A stretch of DNA of 64,000 bases from an uncultured Gemmatimonadaceae bacterium (GTDB taxonomy: Bacteria > Gemmatimonadota > Gemmatimonadetes > Gemmatimonadales > Gemmatimonadaceae): assembly GCA_963740355.1 (NCBI GenBank), contig CAVUDW010000003.1, forward strand, positions 2,240,001-2,304,000, in the 5' to 3' direction. Below, in pieces: positions 30,011 to 39,079 of the stretch. The position numbers were made by a program, and so were the translations under genes. Position 1 is the first letter of the stretch. The number at the start of each line of letters is the position of its first letter. Below the pieces are notes generated by a model that made no database searches, was not told the DNA's origin, and saw only the letters and a list, made by a program, of their open reading frames with translations.

Positions 30011-31159
30011 ATGACGCCCCCAACCGCTCTTGTCCCGCCTCGTATCGTCGTGATCGGCGCCGGCCTGCTCGGTGGCTCGCTGCTGGCCGCCCTGCAGACC
30101 CGGCGGCGCGAGTACCATCTCACGGCCATCTCGTCCGCCGCCACGCTCGACGGGCTCCGGGAGCGTGGCTGGTGTGACGCTCTTTTCGGATACGGTGATC
30201 TCGCACAGGCCTGCGCCGGCGCGGACATCGTCCTGCTCTGCACGCCACTGTCGTCGATCCACGAACAAATCGACACCATCGCGCTGATTCGGCACGACCT
30301 GGCGGCCGCGGCCATCGTGATCGACGTCGGCTCGACCAAACGCGAAATCTGCGCGCACGGTTTTTCGCGTTTTCCGGATGAGGGCCCGCAGTCGGCACGT
30401 TTCGTTGGCGGTCACCCGATGGCCGGCTCGGAGAAATCAGGCCTCGCGGCGGCGGACCCGCTGCTGTACCAGTCAGCCCTTTGGGTGTTGTGCCCGCCGC
30501 CTGATCTCCCACTCTCGCGGCTCGATTCGGTGAAGGCGCTGATCCATGCCGTTGGCGCGCGCGTGGCTGTGCTCGATCCGGAACTCCACGATGATGCCGT
30601 CGCACGCATCAGCCATGTACCGCAGCTGCTCGCATCGGTGTTGGCGGGGTGGGCGGGCGCGCAGGATCGCACGGCCGAGGCGGCACTCGCGCTTGCCGCC
30701 GGCGGCTTTCGTGACATGACGCGCCTCGCGCTGTCATCGTGGGAGATCTGGCGTGACATCGTGGCCACCAACCGGCTGCCGATCGCGAACGGTCTGCAGG
30801 AGATGGCCGATCGACTCGAAGAGTTGGCGCGCGCGACCCGTGATCCCGACGGCGCCAACGCGCTACTTGGCGTCGCCTTCGCGGAAGGCAAGGCATTTCG
30901 CGAGCGCTTCCACATGCCACGGAAGGGTATCGTGCACGATCTCTCCGAGTTGGTGGTGCGGCTCGAGGATCGGCCCGGCCAGTTGCTGGCACTGTTTGCC
31001 CCACTCGCAGCGGCCGGATTGAATGTACAGGACCTCGAAATTCTGAAGGTGCGCGAAGGGGAGAGCGGAACGATCCTGCTCGGCTTCGGCACCCCCGCTG
31101 ACGCCGTGCGCGCGTATGACCTGCTCGTAGCGCACGGCTTCTCGGTCATGACGCGCTGA
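30011..31159 (+). CDS. tyrA: Prephenate/arogenate dehydrogenase with C-terminal ACT domain
   Basis: Motifs IGAGLLGGS, DVGSTK, GGHPMAGSE, HDDAVARISHVP and GFRDMTR; ACT motif LEDRPGQL. Confidence 0.9.
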   Translation: MTPPTALVPPRIVVIGAGLLGGSLLAALQTRRREYHLTAISSAATLDGLRERGWCDALFGYGDLAQACAGADIVLLCTPLSSIHEQIDTIALIRHDLAAAAIVIDVGSTKREICAHGFSRFPDEGPQSARFVGGHPMAGSEKSGLAAADPLLYQSALWVLCPPPDLPLSRLDSVKALIHAVGARVAVLDPELHDDAVARISHVPQLLASVLAGWAGAQDRTAEAALALAAGGFRDMTRLALSSWEIWRDIVATNRLPIANGLQEMADRLEELARATRDPDGANALLGVAFAEGKAFRERFHMPRKGIVHDLSELVVRLEDRPGQLLALFAPLAAAGLNVQDLEILKVREGESGTILLGFGTPADAVRAYDLLVAHGFSVMTR

Positions 31160-31210
31160 CGCCCACCGTTGCATGCCGGTGAACGCCAGCACGTCCGCGA
31201 GCGGGTTGTG

Positions 31211-31699
31211 TCAGGCGCCCGTCTCGACCGCTTTCTGCCCCTTCTTGTACGTCACGTAGACGAACACTGGAATGCCGAGGTCGCCCAGATGCTGCACCAG
31301 CAGCGGTTGGACATCCTTCCAGTCCAGCCCACCGGCGCCAGTGGCGAGTCGCGGCAGTGCCAGGCTGGTGACTCCGTCCTTCTCGATGGCATGGCGCAGC
31401 CGCTTCAGCGCGTGATTCACGTTGCCCGTCGTGGCGCGACCGGACGGCTGTGATGGCTGTTCGCCTTCCTGTGTGAGCAGGTTGTAGATCGTCTTGCCTT
31501 CTGCATTGCGGAAGGTCCAGATCTCCCCTGTCCGTGGCGCAGCCTGGTGCGCGTAATGGCGGAAATCCTTCGCCAGCGACGGCCACAGCTCGCGCAGCGC
31601 GAGGGCAAGCCCGGCATCAAAGTGATCATTGGGTGACACGCCATGTGCGATGGCCTGTGCACCCGTCAAAAGAATGTCGCCTTCGACTTCGTGAATCAT
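31211..31699 (-). CDS. Macro domain protein (Poa1p/TARG1-like clade)
   Basis: Motifs VEGDIL, GLALALRELWP, IYNLLTQ and SLALPRLATGAGGLDW. Confidence 0.85.
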   Translation of the reverse strand: MIHEVEGDILLTGAQAIAHGVSPNDHFDAGLALALRELWPSLAKDFRHYAHQAAPRTGEIWTFRNAEGKTIYNLLTQEGEQPSQPSGRATTGNVNHALKRLRHAIEKDGVTSLALPRLATGAGGLDWKDVQPLLVQHLGDLGIPVFVYVTYKKGQKAVETGA

Positions 31700-31916
31700 G
31701 TCTGCCCCGTTCAGGGAACGCCTCCGTTGGCAGCGCCAAACGACACACAGTGCCGCGGCGCGCGCGATGACGGAATATTCGGAACGGACCGGCTAATCCC
31801 TGTACGGGATTGCCGTACGGTGTGTCAGGCAGATGACCGCAGGCGATGTGCACCCCTGCGGCAAACATGATCGCCAACGCACTGATCGCGAGCACCGTCC
31901 GCGATCACGGTGCAAG

Positions 31917-33104
31917 TCAGGAGACGCCGATCAGCAACTCATCAGTCGGCGTCAGCACCGTGCGTTGCTCCACCGCACGCTGCACCATGCGCTCGAAGGC
32001 CGGAAAGACCGTCGGATCCAGCTCCGTGCCCTGCAACCCGCGCAGCAGGTCGAGGGCACGTGCCTGTGTCCACGCGTCACGGTACGGGCGCTTCGAACAG
32101 AGCGCATCATACACGTCGCACACATGCACGATACGGCTGGCATAATGCGCATCCCGCTTGAACGACACGCTCGGGTACCCACCCTTGCCATTGAACCAGA
32201 TGTGATGCTCGTACGCCACCGTCGATGCCAGTGCATTGCCACCGCCGCGCTGGCTGAGAATCTTCGCCCCTTCGACGGGGTGGGACTTCATCAGCGCAAA
32301 TTCCTCGTCGGTCAGCTTGCCCGGCTTGATCATGACGTCGAGCGGGACCTTCACCTTGCCGATGTCGTGCAGCAGCGCGGCTGTTCCGATGGCGCGCACC
32401 TTGCCACCGTCGAGGCCGAGCTCCTCGCACAACCCGATCGAGAGCATCGCCACGTTGCACGAGTGCGTGGTCGTGTACTGGTCGAAGGTCTTCAGCTCCA
32501 GCAGCGGCAGCACGAGATGCTGTTCGCGATGAATCGTGACGGCCAAGCCATGCACGATCGCCTCGACTTCGGCCATCGGCACTGCACGTCCGGCAGACAC
32601 TTCGTCGTGCACGTACTCGACGGCGTCGGCTTCCTCCGCGAGAGTGCTCAGCGACAGCGACTCGACCACCGATGCCAGAGTCTCGGTGACGTCCGACTCG
32701 TTGGCTGATGCGACCGTCAGGGTGCCGATCCGGATGCCATGTGACGACCAGGCTGGCGACATCTTGCCACCCATCGTCAGTCGCACGCGGAGCGCCGCCA
32801 GCAGGTTCTGCAGGTCGTCACCGTTCGGCGGCTGGCCGGCATCGATCTCGATGCGCTGGATGCCGACGGCCGCCAAGCGCGTGCTCCACTCCCAGCCGCG
32901 CAACTCCGTCAGCACGCGGGTGCCGAGCACGATGTCGCCGTCGATCAGCGACAACTTCAGCGTGCCGTGGGCGCTGAGCATCTGCAGCATCGCGAGGTGC
33001 GTGCGTGCCAGCACGGCGTGCCGTGTGGGATGTTCATCGCCGTAGAGCGACATCGTGGCCAACGCCTGGCCAAGCGCATTGAGGAAGCGCAGGACTTCGT
33101 TCAT
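31917..33104 (-). CDS. HD-GYP domain phosphodiesterase
   Basis: Motifs YTTTHS, LLHDIGK, HPVEGA, EHH...GGYP and DVYDAL...RPYR. ATGA overlap with the upstream gene. Confidence 0.9.
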   Translation of the reverse strand: MNEVLRFLNALGQALATMSLYGDEHPTRHAVLARTHLAMLQMLSAHGTLKLSLIDGDIVLGTRVLTELRGWEWSTRLAAVGIQRIEIDAGQPPNGDDLQNLLAALRVRLTMGGKMSPAWSSHGIRIGTLTVASANESDVTETLASVVESLSLSTLAEEADAVEYVHDEVSAGRAVPMAEVEAIVHGLAVTIHREQHLVLPLLELKTFDQYTTTHSCNVAMLSIGLCEELGLDGGKVRAIGTAALLHDIGKVKVPLDVMIKPGKLTDEEFALMKSHPVEGAKILSQRGGGNALASTVAYEHHIWFNGKGGYPSVSFKRDAHYASRIVHVCDVYDALCSKRPYRDAWTQARALDLLRGLQGTELDPTVFPAFERMVQRAVEQRTVLTPTDELLIGVS

Positions 33105-35305
33105 TTCGTCACCGTCGGTCCATGATACGGCGTCGGCACGCGCCACAGAGCATCACCGCGGACGGCGTTGCCCAGCGAGAGCGCGTTCGCCACCAGCGGG
33201 TCGCCGGCGTAGTGTCGCTGCAGGGCATGCAGCGCCGTCGCGGTGAGGAGCGAGGGCTTGGCCAGCACCTGCCGGCGGAGGAACGTGCTGCGCGTGAGCA
33301 CCTTGGACAGCAGCCAGTCGCGCACCGACGGCGCACCCGACGTGGCCGCTGCTCGAATGGCGGTCACCTTGAGGTGCTCGGGATGTGCGCTGCCATCCAC
33401 GAACTTCACCAGGTGCCCCGTGGCCCCCAGCGAGAGGGAGTGCCGTCGTCCCTCATGCGGCACGTTGAGCCAGCGGTCGATGAAGTCGAGCACGCACGTC
33501 GTCACTCGCTCGTCGGGATCCTGCAACCCACGGCGAATCGCCGCGTCGCGCACCGCGTCGACATCCAGCAGCATGCGCACCGCTTCCACACGAACCATCG
33601 GGTTCTCGTGGTCGAGGAACTTGAGCATCGAGCCGACGTCGGTCGTGCCCTTCTGCCCGACGATCAGGTCGCGCAGCAGGCCAAGCAGGTTGCGAGCGAA
33701 GAACCAGGACGCGCCATCCAGCTGCGCGATCAGCGTGGCGCGCAGTGGTTCACCGAAACTCCGCAAGCGCTCGAGGATCAGTTCACGCGCCTCACGCGAC
33801 TCGGCCTTGGCCAGCGCCTCCAGCAGCGTGTCGGACATCGAAATGTCGATCGTGTTGAGCAGCGCGCGCGCCGCCGGCTCATCCACCGGATTGCCCTGCA
33901 GCACTCTGCGCACCGCATCCGGCGCCATGATTCTTGCCCGCAACGTGCGCGAACTCTCGGTCGATCCCGCCTCATCCAGCCATTGCAGCAGGACCGGCAG
34001 GTGCCCGGTCTCGACCACCGCGGTGGCGGCAGCGAGGGCATCATCACCCACGACATCGATTTCGAGCGCCATCTGCACCACGCGCGCGGCCTCGGTCAGT
34101 GCCGTGTCGTCATCGACGCTGAGCTGCCCAAGCGTGCTGACCGTCCCCTCGTGCGCCAGCGCAATGCGGTCCAGCAGCCGCACGTGCTCGTCCGGATTCG
34201 GATCGCTGAGCACCCAGCCTTCAACCAGTTCCTTCGCGGCGTTGCGGAAGGTGGCGTCGGTCAGGCCTTCGCGCTTGTTGACGGCATGCTGCGACAACTT
34301 GGTCATCAGGCGCAACAGGTGATGCGACAATTCCTGTTCCGTGGCGCGCGCCGCCACCTGCAGCCAGTTGCTCACGGCCAGCACTGGCAGCACGTCCACC
34401 ACCTGCAGCATGAATTCCTGCTGTTCGGCGCGCTGGCCCAGTCCACGAATGATCGGGGCGAACGACGAGTCACCAAGGCGCGAGATCACACTGTGCAACC
34501 GCTCACCGATACGGGCACGGAGTTCCGGCGGCGCCTGCGCCCCCTGTGCCGCAAGATTCATCAGCGCCACCGCGGTCCGTCGCGCAAACTCCGGCTGCGA
34601 CACGAGCGCCTGCAGCGACTCCGCGATGTCACTGACATGCTCTTCTTCGCGAAGCATGACGTTGAACGCCGACTCGTCATCGCCGGATGCGGCCACGACA
34701 TCCGAGCTGCGCGCCGTACCGAAGCCGTACTGCCGACCAGTGCCATCGGTCGCGATCTGGGCCAGGGCCTGCCAGAGCGACGCCAGTGATGCATCTGCCA
34801 CGCGGTCCGTGTCGCCCATCATCAGGGCATCGTACGCCAGGCGACCGATGATGATGCCGGTGATGTTCGGCGGCTCGACCATGGCCGCGTCTTCCTCGCC
34901 CTCGCGCGTCGGATCGAGTGCCAGCCACGCCAGCAACTGCTGCAGGCGATCGAGATCCACGCCGGCGTGCAGGGTCAGGGCGCCCACACCACGTCGATGG
35001 AGGCGCGCCCCCAGTTCTCGACTGATGTTGGCCGATCCGCTCAGTGGCTGCCCGTTGATGAGCAGTTCGTGCTTGGCGACGCCGATCGTGAAGGTGGAAC
35101 GGGTCGCCAACACGCCGTCGAGCGCGCTCACCGCCTCCTTCTCCGTGCTGACCACCATTGGGTGCGTGGCGCCGTACGTTCGGCGACGATTCAGCGCGAC
35201 GTGCAGCTTGGTCAGGAACGCCACGAGCATCGCCTCGCCATGCTGCGGGGCGACGCTGGATGTCGAACGGGGGGTGGGCGATCTCTGGGTGGTGGCCTGC
35301 ATCAA
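33101..35305 (-). CDS. HEAT-repeat-containing protein
   Basis: Motifs WFFARNLLGLL, DHENPMVRVEAV and DPDERV; all-helical composition. Start uncertain. Confidence 0.78.
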   Translation of the reverse strand: MMQATTQRSPTPRSTSSVAPQHGEAMLVAFLTKLHVALNRRRTYGATHPMVVSTEKEAVSALDGVLATRSTFTIGVAKHELLINGQPLSGSANISRELGARLHRRGVGALTLHAGVDLDRLQQLLAWLALDPTREGEEDAAMVEPPNITGIIIGRLAYDALMMGDTDRVADASLASLWQALAQIATDGTGRQYGFGTARSSDVVAASGDDESAFNVMLREEEHVSDIAESLQALVSQPEFARRTAVALMNLAAQGAQAPPELRARIGERLHSVISRLGDSSFAPIIRGLGQRAEQQEFMLQVVDVLPVLAVSNWLQVAARATEQELSHHLLRLMTKLSQHAVNKREGLTDATFRNAAKELVEGWVLSDPNPDEHVRLLDRIALAHEGTVSTLGQLSVDDDTALTEAARVVQMALEIDVVGDDALAAATAVVETGHLPVLLQWLDEAGSTESSRTLRARIMAPDAVRRVLQGNPVDEPAARALLNTIDISMSDTLLEALAKAESREARELILERLRSFGEPLRATLIAQLDGASWFFARNLLGLLRDLIVGQKGTTDVGSMLKFLDHENPMVRVEAVRMLLDVDAVRDAAIRRGLQDPDERVTTCVLDFIDRWLNVPHEGRRHSLSLGATGHLVKFVDGSAHPEHLKVTAIRAAATSGAPSVRDWLLSKVLTRSTFLRRQVLAKPSLLTATALHALQRHYAGDPLVANALSLGNAVRGDALWRVPTPYHGPTVTK

Positions 35306-35398
35306 ATATCAGGACGGGTGAACCGGTACCCGGGTCACTGGAATTCGTCCTGAACTGTGACCGCGCGCTCCCGCCGCACGGCTATATGGCAGAGCTTG

Positions 35399-37042
35399 CT
35401 ATCTCGGGCGCATGAACCAGAGCACCGGGGGCACTGGCTTGTCGATCCGCGGACGCAAGCGACCGTTCGCCACCGTCCACAACGTCACGTACACCGCGCG
35501 GGCCACCGCCTCGAACTTGACCGGATCGAGCTTGGAGACCTCATCCGTTTGCGCGTGATAGTCCTCGTGCAAGCCGGTGAAGAACTCCATGTAGGGAATC
35601 CCTTGCTCGATGTACGGCGCCGCATCGGTGCGCGGATAGAAAAACTCGTGCCGCGGATCTTCGTAGCGCCGATCGAAGTGGATGTAGCCGTAGTCCCGCG
35701 ACACCGTGGCCAATGCCGAATCGAGCACGGTGCTCAGCACCCCAGGCCCCGAGACGAACACTTCACCCGGCCCACTCAGCTCTCCCTGGCCCGCGATGTT
35801 GGTGCCGGGCTCCTTCGTGCGACCGATCATGTCGACCGTGAAATGCGCCACGACCTGTTTCGCGAGAGGGCCGTAGGCCAGGAATCGTGTGCCCCAGAGT
35901 CCGGATTCCTCCCCTGAATCCCACACCAGCAGGACCGAGCGTTTCGGCCGCGGCCCCGAGAGCAGCGCCCGCGCGATGCTCAGGTTCCCAGCCGATCCGG
36001 TCCCGTTGTCATCTGCCGCGTTGTAGATCGAGTCGCCACTCGGCGTCACCGCGCGACCCACCGCGCCATCGAGGTGCGTCGAGACGGTGATCCACTCGCG
36101 GCGCAGCACCGGGTCGGCCCCTTCGACCAGACCAACCACATTGTAGGCGCGGCGATGTTCGCTGGTGCCGGCGAAATGCACGAGTAGCTCTCGGCGCGCC
36201 AGCGGGAATGACGCGGGCGTCGTCTCGAGGCTGTCCGCCGCGAGGATCTCGGCCGCGCTCGTGCGCTCGCCGGCCAGCAGCGCGGCGACCGCCGCTCGCG
36301 TGAGCATCACCACCGGAATCGGAAACGACGCGTATGCGCGGCCAACGGGTGGGCTCAACTCGCGCGATCGTGGGGACTGCGCCCGCAGCTCATTCCACGC
36401 CATCTCATCGGCGGCCGAGGCGATCACCAGCAGGCCGGCGGCACCACGCGATCGCGCTTCGTCCTGCACCGTCGTGTAATCCACGCCGTACGTGCCGAGT
36501 GTCTCCGACAGCGCGGCGCTCGGTCGACGCCGACCACTGTGCACCAGCAGCCACTTCCCCCGCACGTCGAGGCCGCCGTACGCATCGAGGCCACGCTTCG
36601 GCGCTCGCAGTCCGTTGCCGACGTACACCACATCACCACGGATATCGCCAGGCACGAGGAACGACGGCACCACGAACTCCTCGCCCCAGCGCATCCGTGC
36701 CGTCCCGATCGACAGCGACGTTTCGGCAGTATCGAGCATCGAACTGACCACGTCATAGTGCTGGAAGTACGAACCGGCGTCACCCATCGGCGTCACGCCG
36801 AGTAGGGTGAGACGTTGCACCACGTACGCGGCGGCCGTGTCGAGGCCGGGCGATGGCGTGCTTCGTCCCTTCAGTGCATCCGACGCGATGAACGACACAT
36901 CGCGCATCAGGTCTGCCGCCACGATGCCTTCTGCCGCGGCCCGCACACGCGGATTGGGATTCGGCTGAGCCACCAGCGGGGCCACCAGCGGTGACATCGC
37001 GAGCAGCAGTGCTGCCACCCAATACGCGGTGCGGGAAACCAT
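35399..37042 (-). CDS. Secreted M28 family metallopeptidase with PA domain
   Basis: Motifs STHLD, NAADDNGTG, SGEESGLWG, DMIGR and HEDYH. Confidence 0.9.
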   Translation of the reverse strand: MVSRTAYWVAALLLAMSPLVAPLVAQPNPNPRVRAAAEGIVAADLMRDVSFIASDALKGRSTPSPGLDTAAAYVVQRLTLLGVTPMGDAGSYFQHYDVVSSMLDTAETSLSIGTARMRWGEEFVVPSFLVPGDIRGDVVYVGNGLRAPKRGLDAYGGLDVRGKWLLVHSGRRRPSAALSETLGTYGVDYTTVQDEARSRGAAGLLVIASAADEMAWNELRAQSPRSRELSPPVGRAYASFPIPVVMLTRAAVAALLAGERTSAAEILAADSLETTPASFPLARRELLVHFAGTSEHRRAYNVVGLVEGADPVLRREWITVSTHLDGAVGRAVTPSGDSIYNAADDNGTGSAGNLSIARALLSGPRPKRSVLLVWDSGEESGLWGTRFLAYGPLAKQVVAHFTVDMIGRTKEPGTNIAGQGELSGPGEVFVSGPGVLSTVLDSALATVSRDYGYIHFDRRYEDPRHEFFYPRTDAAPYIEQGIPYMEFFTGLHEDYHAQTDEVSKLDPVKFEAVARAVYVTLWTVANGRLRPRIDKPVPPVLWFMRPR

Positions 37043-37073
37043 TTGACGCTCCGTCAGGCGAGCTGGATACGAC

Positions 37074-38975
37074 TCAGGCGACACTCTCCGACGTCGACGC
37101 CGGAACCGTCTTGATCATGCCATCGCGCACCAGATTCGCCAGCAGGACGTCGATGATCGAGCCACTCGACCCTCCGCTGCCACTACCACCGCTGACGAGG
37201 ATCTCCGGCACCAGCTTGATCTTGTTCTCGGCCAGCGCGCGCCCGATTTCTATCATCGCGAAGTTCCCCTGCCCAACGGCGTCGGTCTTCTTCTGGATCA
37301 CCTCGGCCTCGGCGTTGCCGACCGCCAGGGTCTTTGCAGCCTGGGCATCACCAACCGCCTTCAGCACCATCGCGTCGGCTTCGGCATTGAGCGTCTTCGC
37401 CCGTGCGTCACCCTCGGCGTTCAGTGTCTTGGCTTTTGCGTCGCCCTCGGCGTTGAGCGTCTTCGATCGCAGGTCACCCTCCGCCTTCTTCACCGTGGCT
37501 TGTGCCGCGAATTCAGCGATCGTGACGCTCCGCTCGGCGTCCACCACACGGGCCTGTGTATCGGCGAGGGCGCGCGCCTGCTGCAATTCCTTGCGCGTGT
37601 CTTCTGCCATGCGCTCGGTGTCGTACGTGATCTTCTGTTGCTCAGCGAGCTTGCGATCGGTGAGCGTCTTCATGAGGTCTGGCGGCGGCGTGATGTCACC
37701 GATCAGCGTGTCGACGGCACCGACATTGTACTCCTGCAACGCCTCGCCAATGCGGGCCTTGGCATCCCCCTGCCGCTGCTGTCGTCCCTTGAGGAAGTCG
37801 ATCACATCCGACCCCTGCGCGGCATTCCGGAAGTAGTTGCCGATGGTCGGCTCCAGCACCTGCGTCACGAGGTTCATCAGGTTGCCGAAACGCGCGATCA
37901 CCTTCGGCGCGTCGGTGCGCGGGATGTGGATGATCTGGCTCACGTCGAGGTTGAACGTGAAACCGTCGGACGAGCGCACGGTGATGGTCGACAGGTTCTT
38001 GTCGAGATTGTGCGATTCCGTCTTGCCGGTCGCCCAGTTGAGCACGACGTTGGCCGTCGGCACGATCTCGACCTTGTGCGTGTACGGGTTGATCGGATAC
38101 TTGCCCGGGTCGAGCGGCTCGACGCAGACACCCTTCTGCCCGCGCGTCACCAGGTTGCCGTGCTTGAACGAGTCGCCGGTCACGTCCACACCAGCGTCAC
38201 CGACATAGGAAATCACGACCCCGACATTCGCAATCGGGACCGTCGTCATCTCCTTGATCTCGACCGTCGCGAAGCGTGGGTTGATGAAATAGCGTCCGGC
38301 GAGAATCACCTGCTCCTGCAGGCCCTTGAATCCACCGCGATCGACGAAGCCCTGCCCATCCTGAAAGAGGTTGTGCCCGTCGATCTCCTTGCCGGCAATC
38401 TCGCCAGTCCGCAGCGGTTCACCTTCGCGCGTGGTGACGATGCCGACCATGTTGTCCTCGATCTCGGTCACTGCCTCCTGCACGACCGAGAAGAGCGCCG
38501 TGTTGATGCGATAGGTACCTGGTGGAATGATCGTGATCTGCGGACCACGCTCGCCACCGTTTTCGAGGAAGGCGCGGGCGTTCTGGAACGAGTCGCATTC
38601 CACGAAGCGCGCCAGCACGCGCCCCGCCGACAGCGGCTTGCCGTCGCGCGACTCGACGATGCCGATCGAGCCCTCGTCGATGGTGATGAATGGCCGGAGC
38701 TGCACTTCGTATTGCCATGGCCAGTAACCGAACTTCACGCCTGGCGCGAGGGTGTCGGCCTGGATGCCGGCTTCGCCCTTCAGTGCCACGAGGCGGCCGT
38801 CAGGAAGCGACTTGTCGCTGCCAATCAGCTTCCACTTCTTGTTGACGATGCCAACGGCGTCCTGTCGAATGATGACGACGCCAAAGAGCCGGAATGTCCA
38901 GCGATAAAAGACCACGAACAACACACCGAAAACGACCCACCAGAACGACGCGAGAACGTCAAGGATCAGTGGCAT
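37074..38975 (-). CDS. SPFH/flotillin-like membrane protein
   Basis: N-terminal TM helix, repeated GxQ...L.PG.Y.IN units, an SPFH core and AEGDA coiled-coil repeats. Confidence 0.85.
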   Translation of the reverse strand: MPLILDVLASFWWVVFGVLFVVFYRWTFRLFGVVIIRQDAVGIVNKKWKLIGSDKSLPDGRLVALKGEAGIQADTLAPGVKFGYWPWQYEVQLRPFITIDEGSIGIVESRDGKPLSAGRVLARFVECDSFQNARAFLENGGERGPQITIIPPGTYRINTALFSVVQEAVTEIEDNMVGIVTTREGEPLRTGEIAGKEIDGHNLFQDGQGFVDRGGFKGLQEQVILAGRYFINPRFATVEIKEMTTVPIANVGVVISYVGDAGVDVTGDSFKHGNLVTRGQKGVCVEPLDPGKYPINPYTHKVEIVPTANVVLNWATGKTESHNLDKNLSTITVRSSDGFTFNLDVSQIIHIPRTDAPKVIARFGNLMNLVTQVLEPTIGNYFRNAAQGSDVIDFLKGRQQRQGDAKARIGEALQEYNVGAVDTLIGDITPPPDLMKTLTDRKLAEQQKITYDTERMAEDTRKELQQARALADTQARVVDAERSVTIAEFAAQATVKKAEGDLRSKTLNAEGDAKAKTLNAEGDARAKTLNAEADAMVLKAVGDAQAAKTLAVGNAEAEVIQKKTDAVGQGNFAMIEIGRALAENKIKLVPEILVSGGSGSGGSSGSIIDVLLANLVRDGMIKTVPASTSESVA

Positions 38976-38989
38976 GGAGACGGTTGAAG

Positions 38990-39012
38990 TTAGAGATGCA
39001 CTACGTCTCTAA
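38990..39012. promoter_or_regulatory. Inverted repeat just upstream of the SPFH gene
   Basis: TTAGAGATG-CACTA-CGTCTCTAA in an AT-rich patch. Confidence 0.5.
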
Positions 39013-39079
39013 AACTAATCGATCCGGGCCAAAGTTTCAGGTTGCGCCTTGTGCGACACGATGCGCGCCAGGCCCCGAT

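Noticed and set aside
31211..31699. DarTG toxin-antitoxin system
   Set aside because: There is no DarT gene adjacent, no DarG C-terminal domain, and the catalytic Lys position appears to be Gln.
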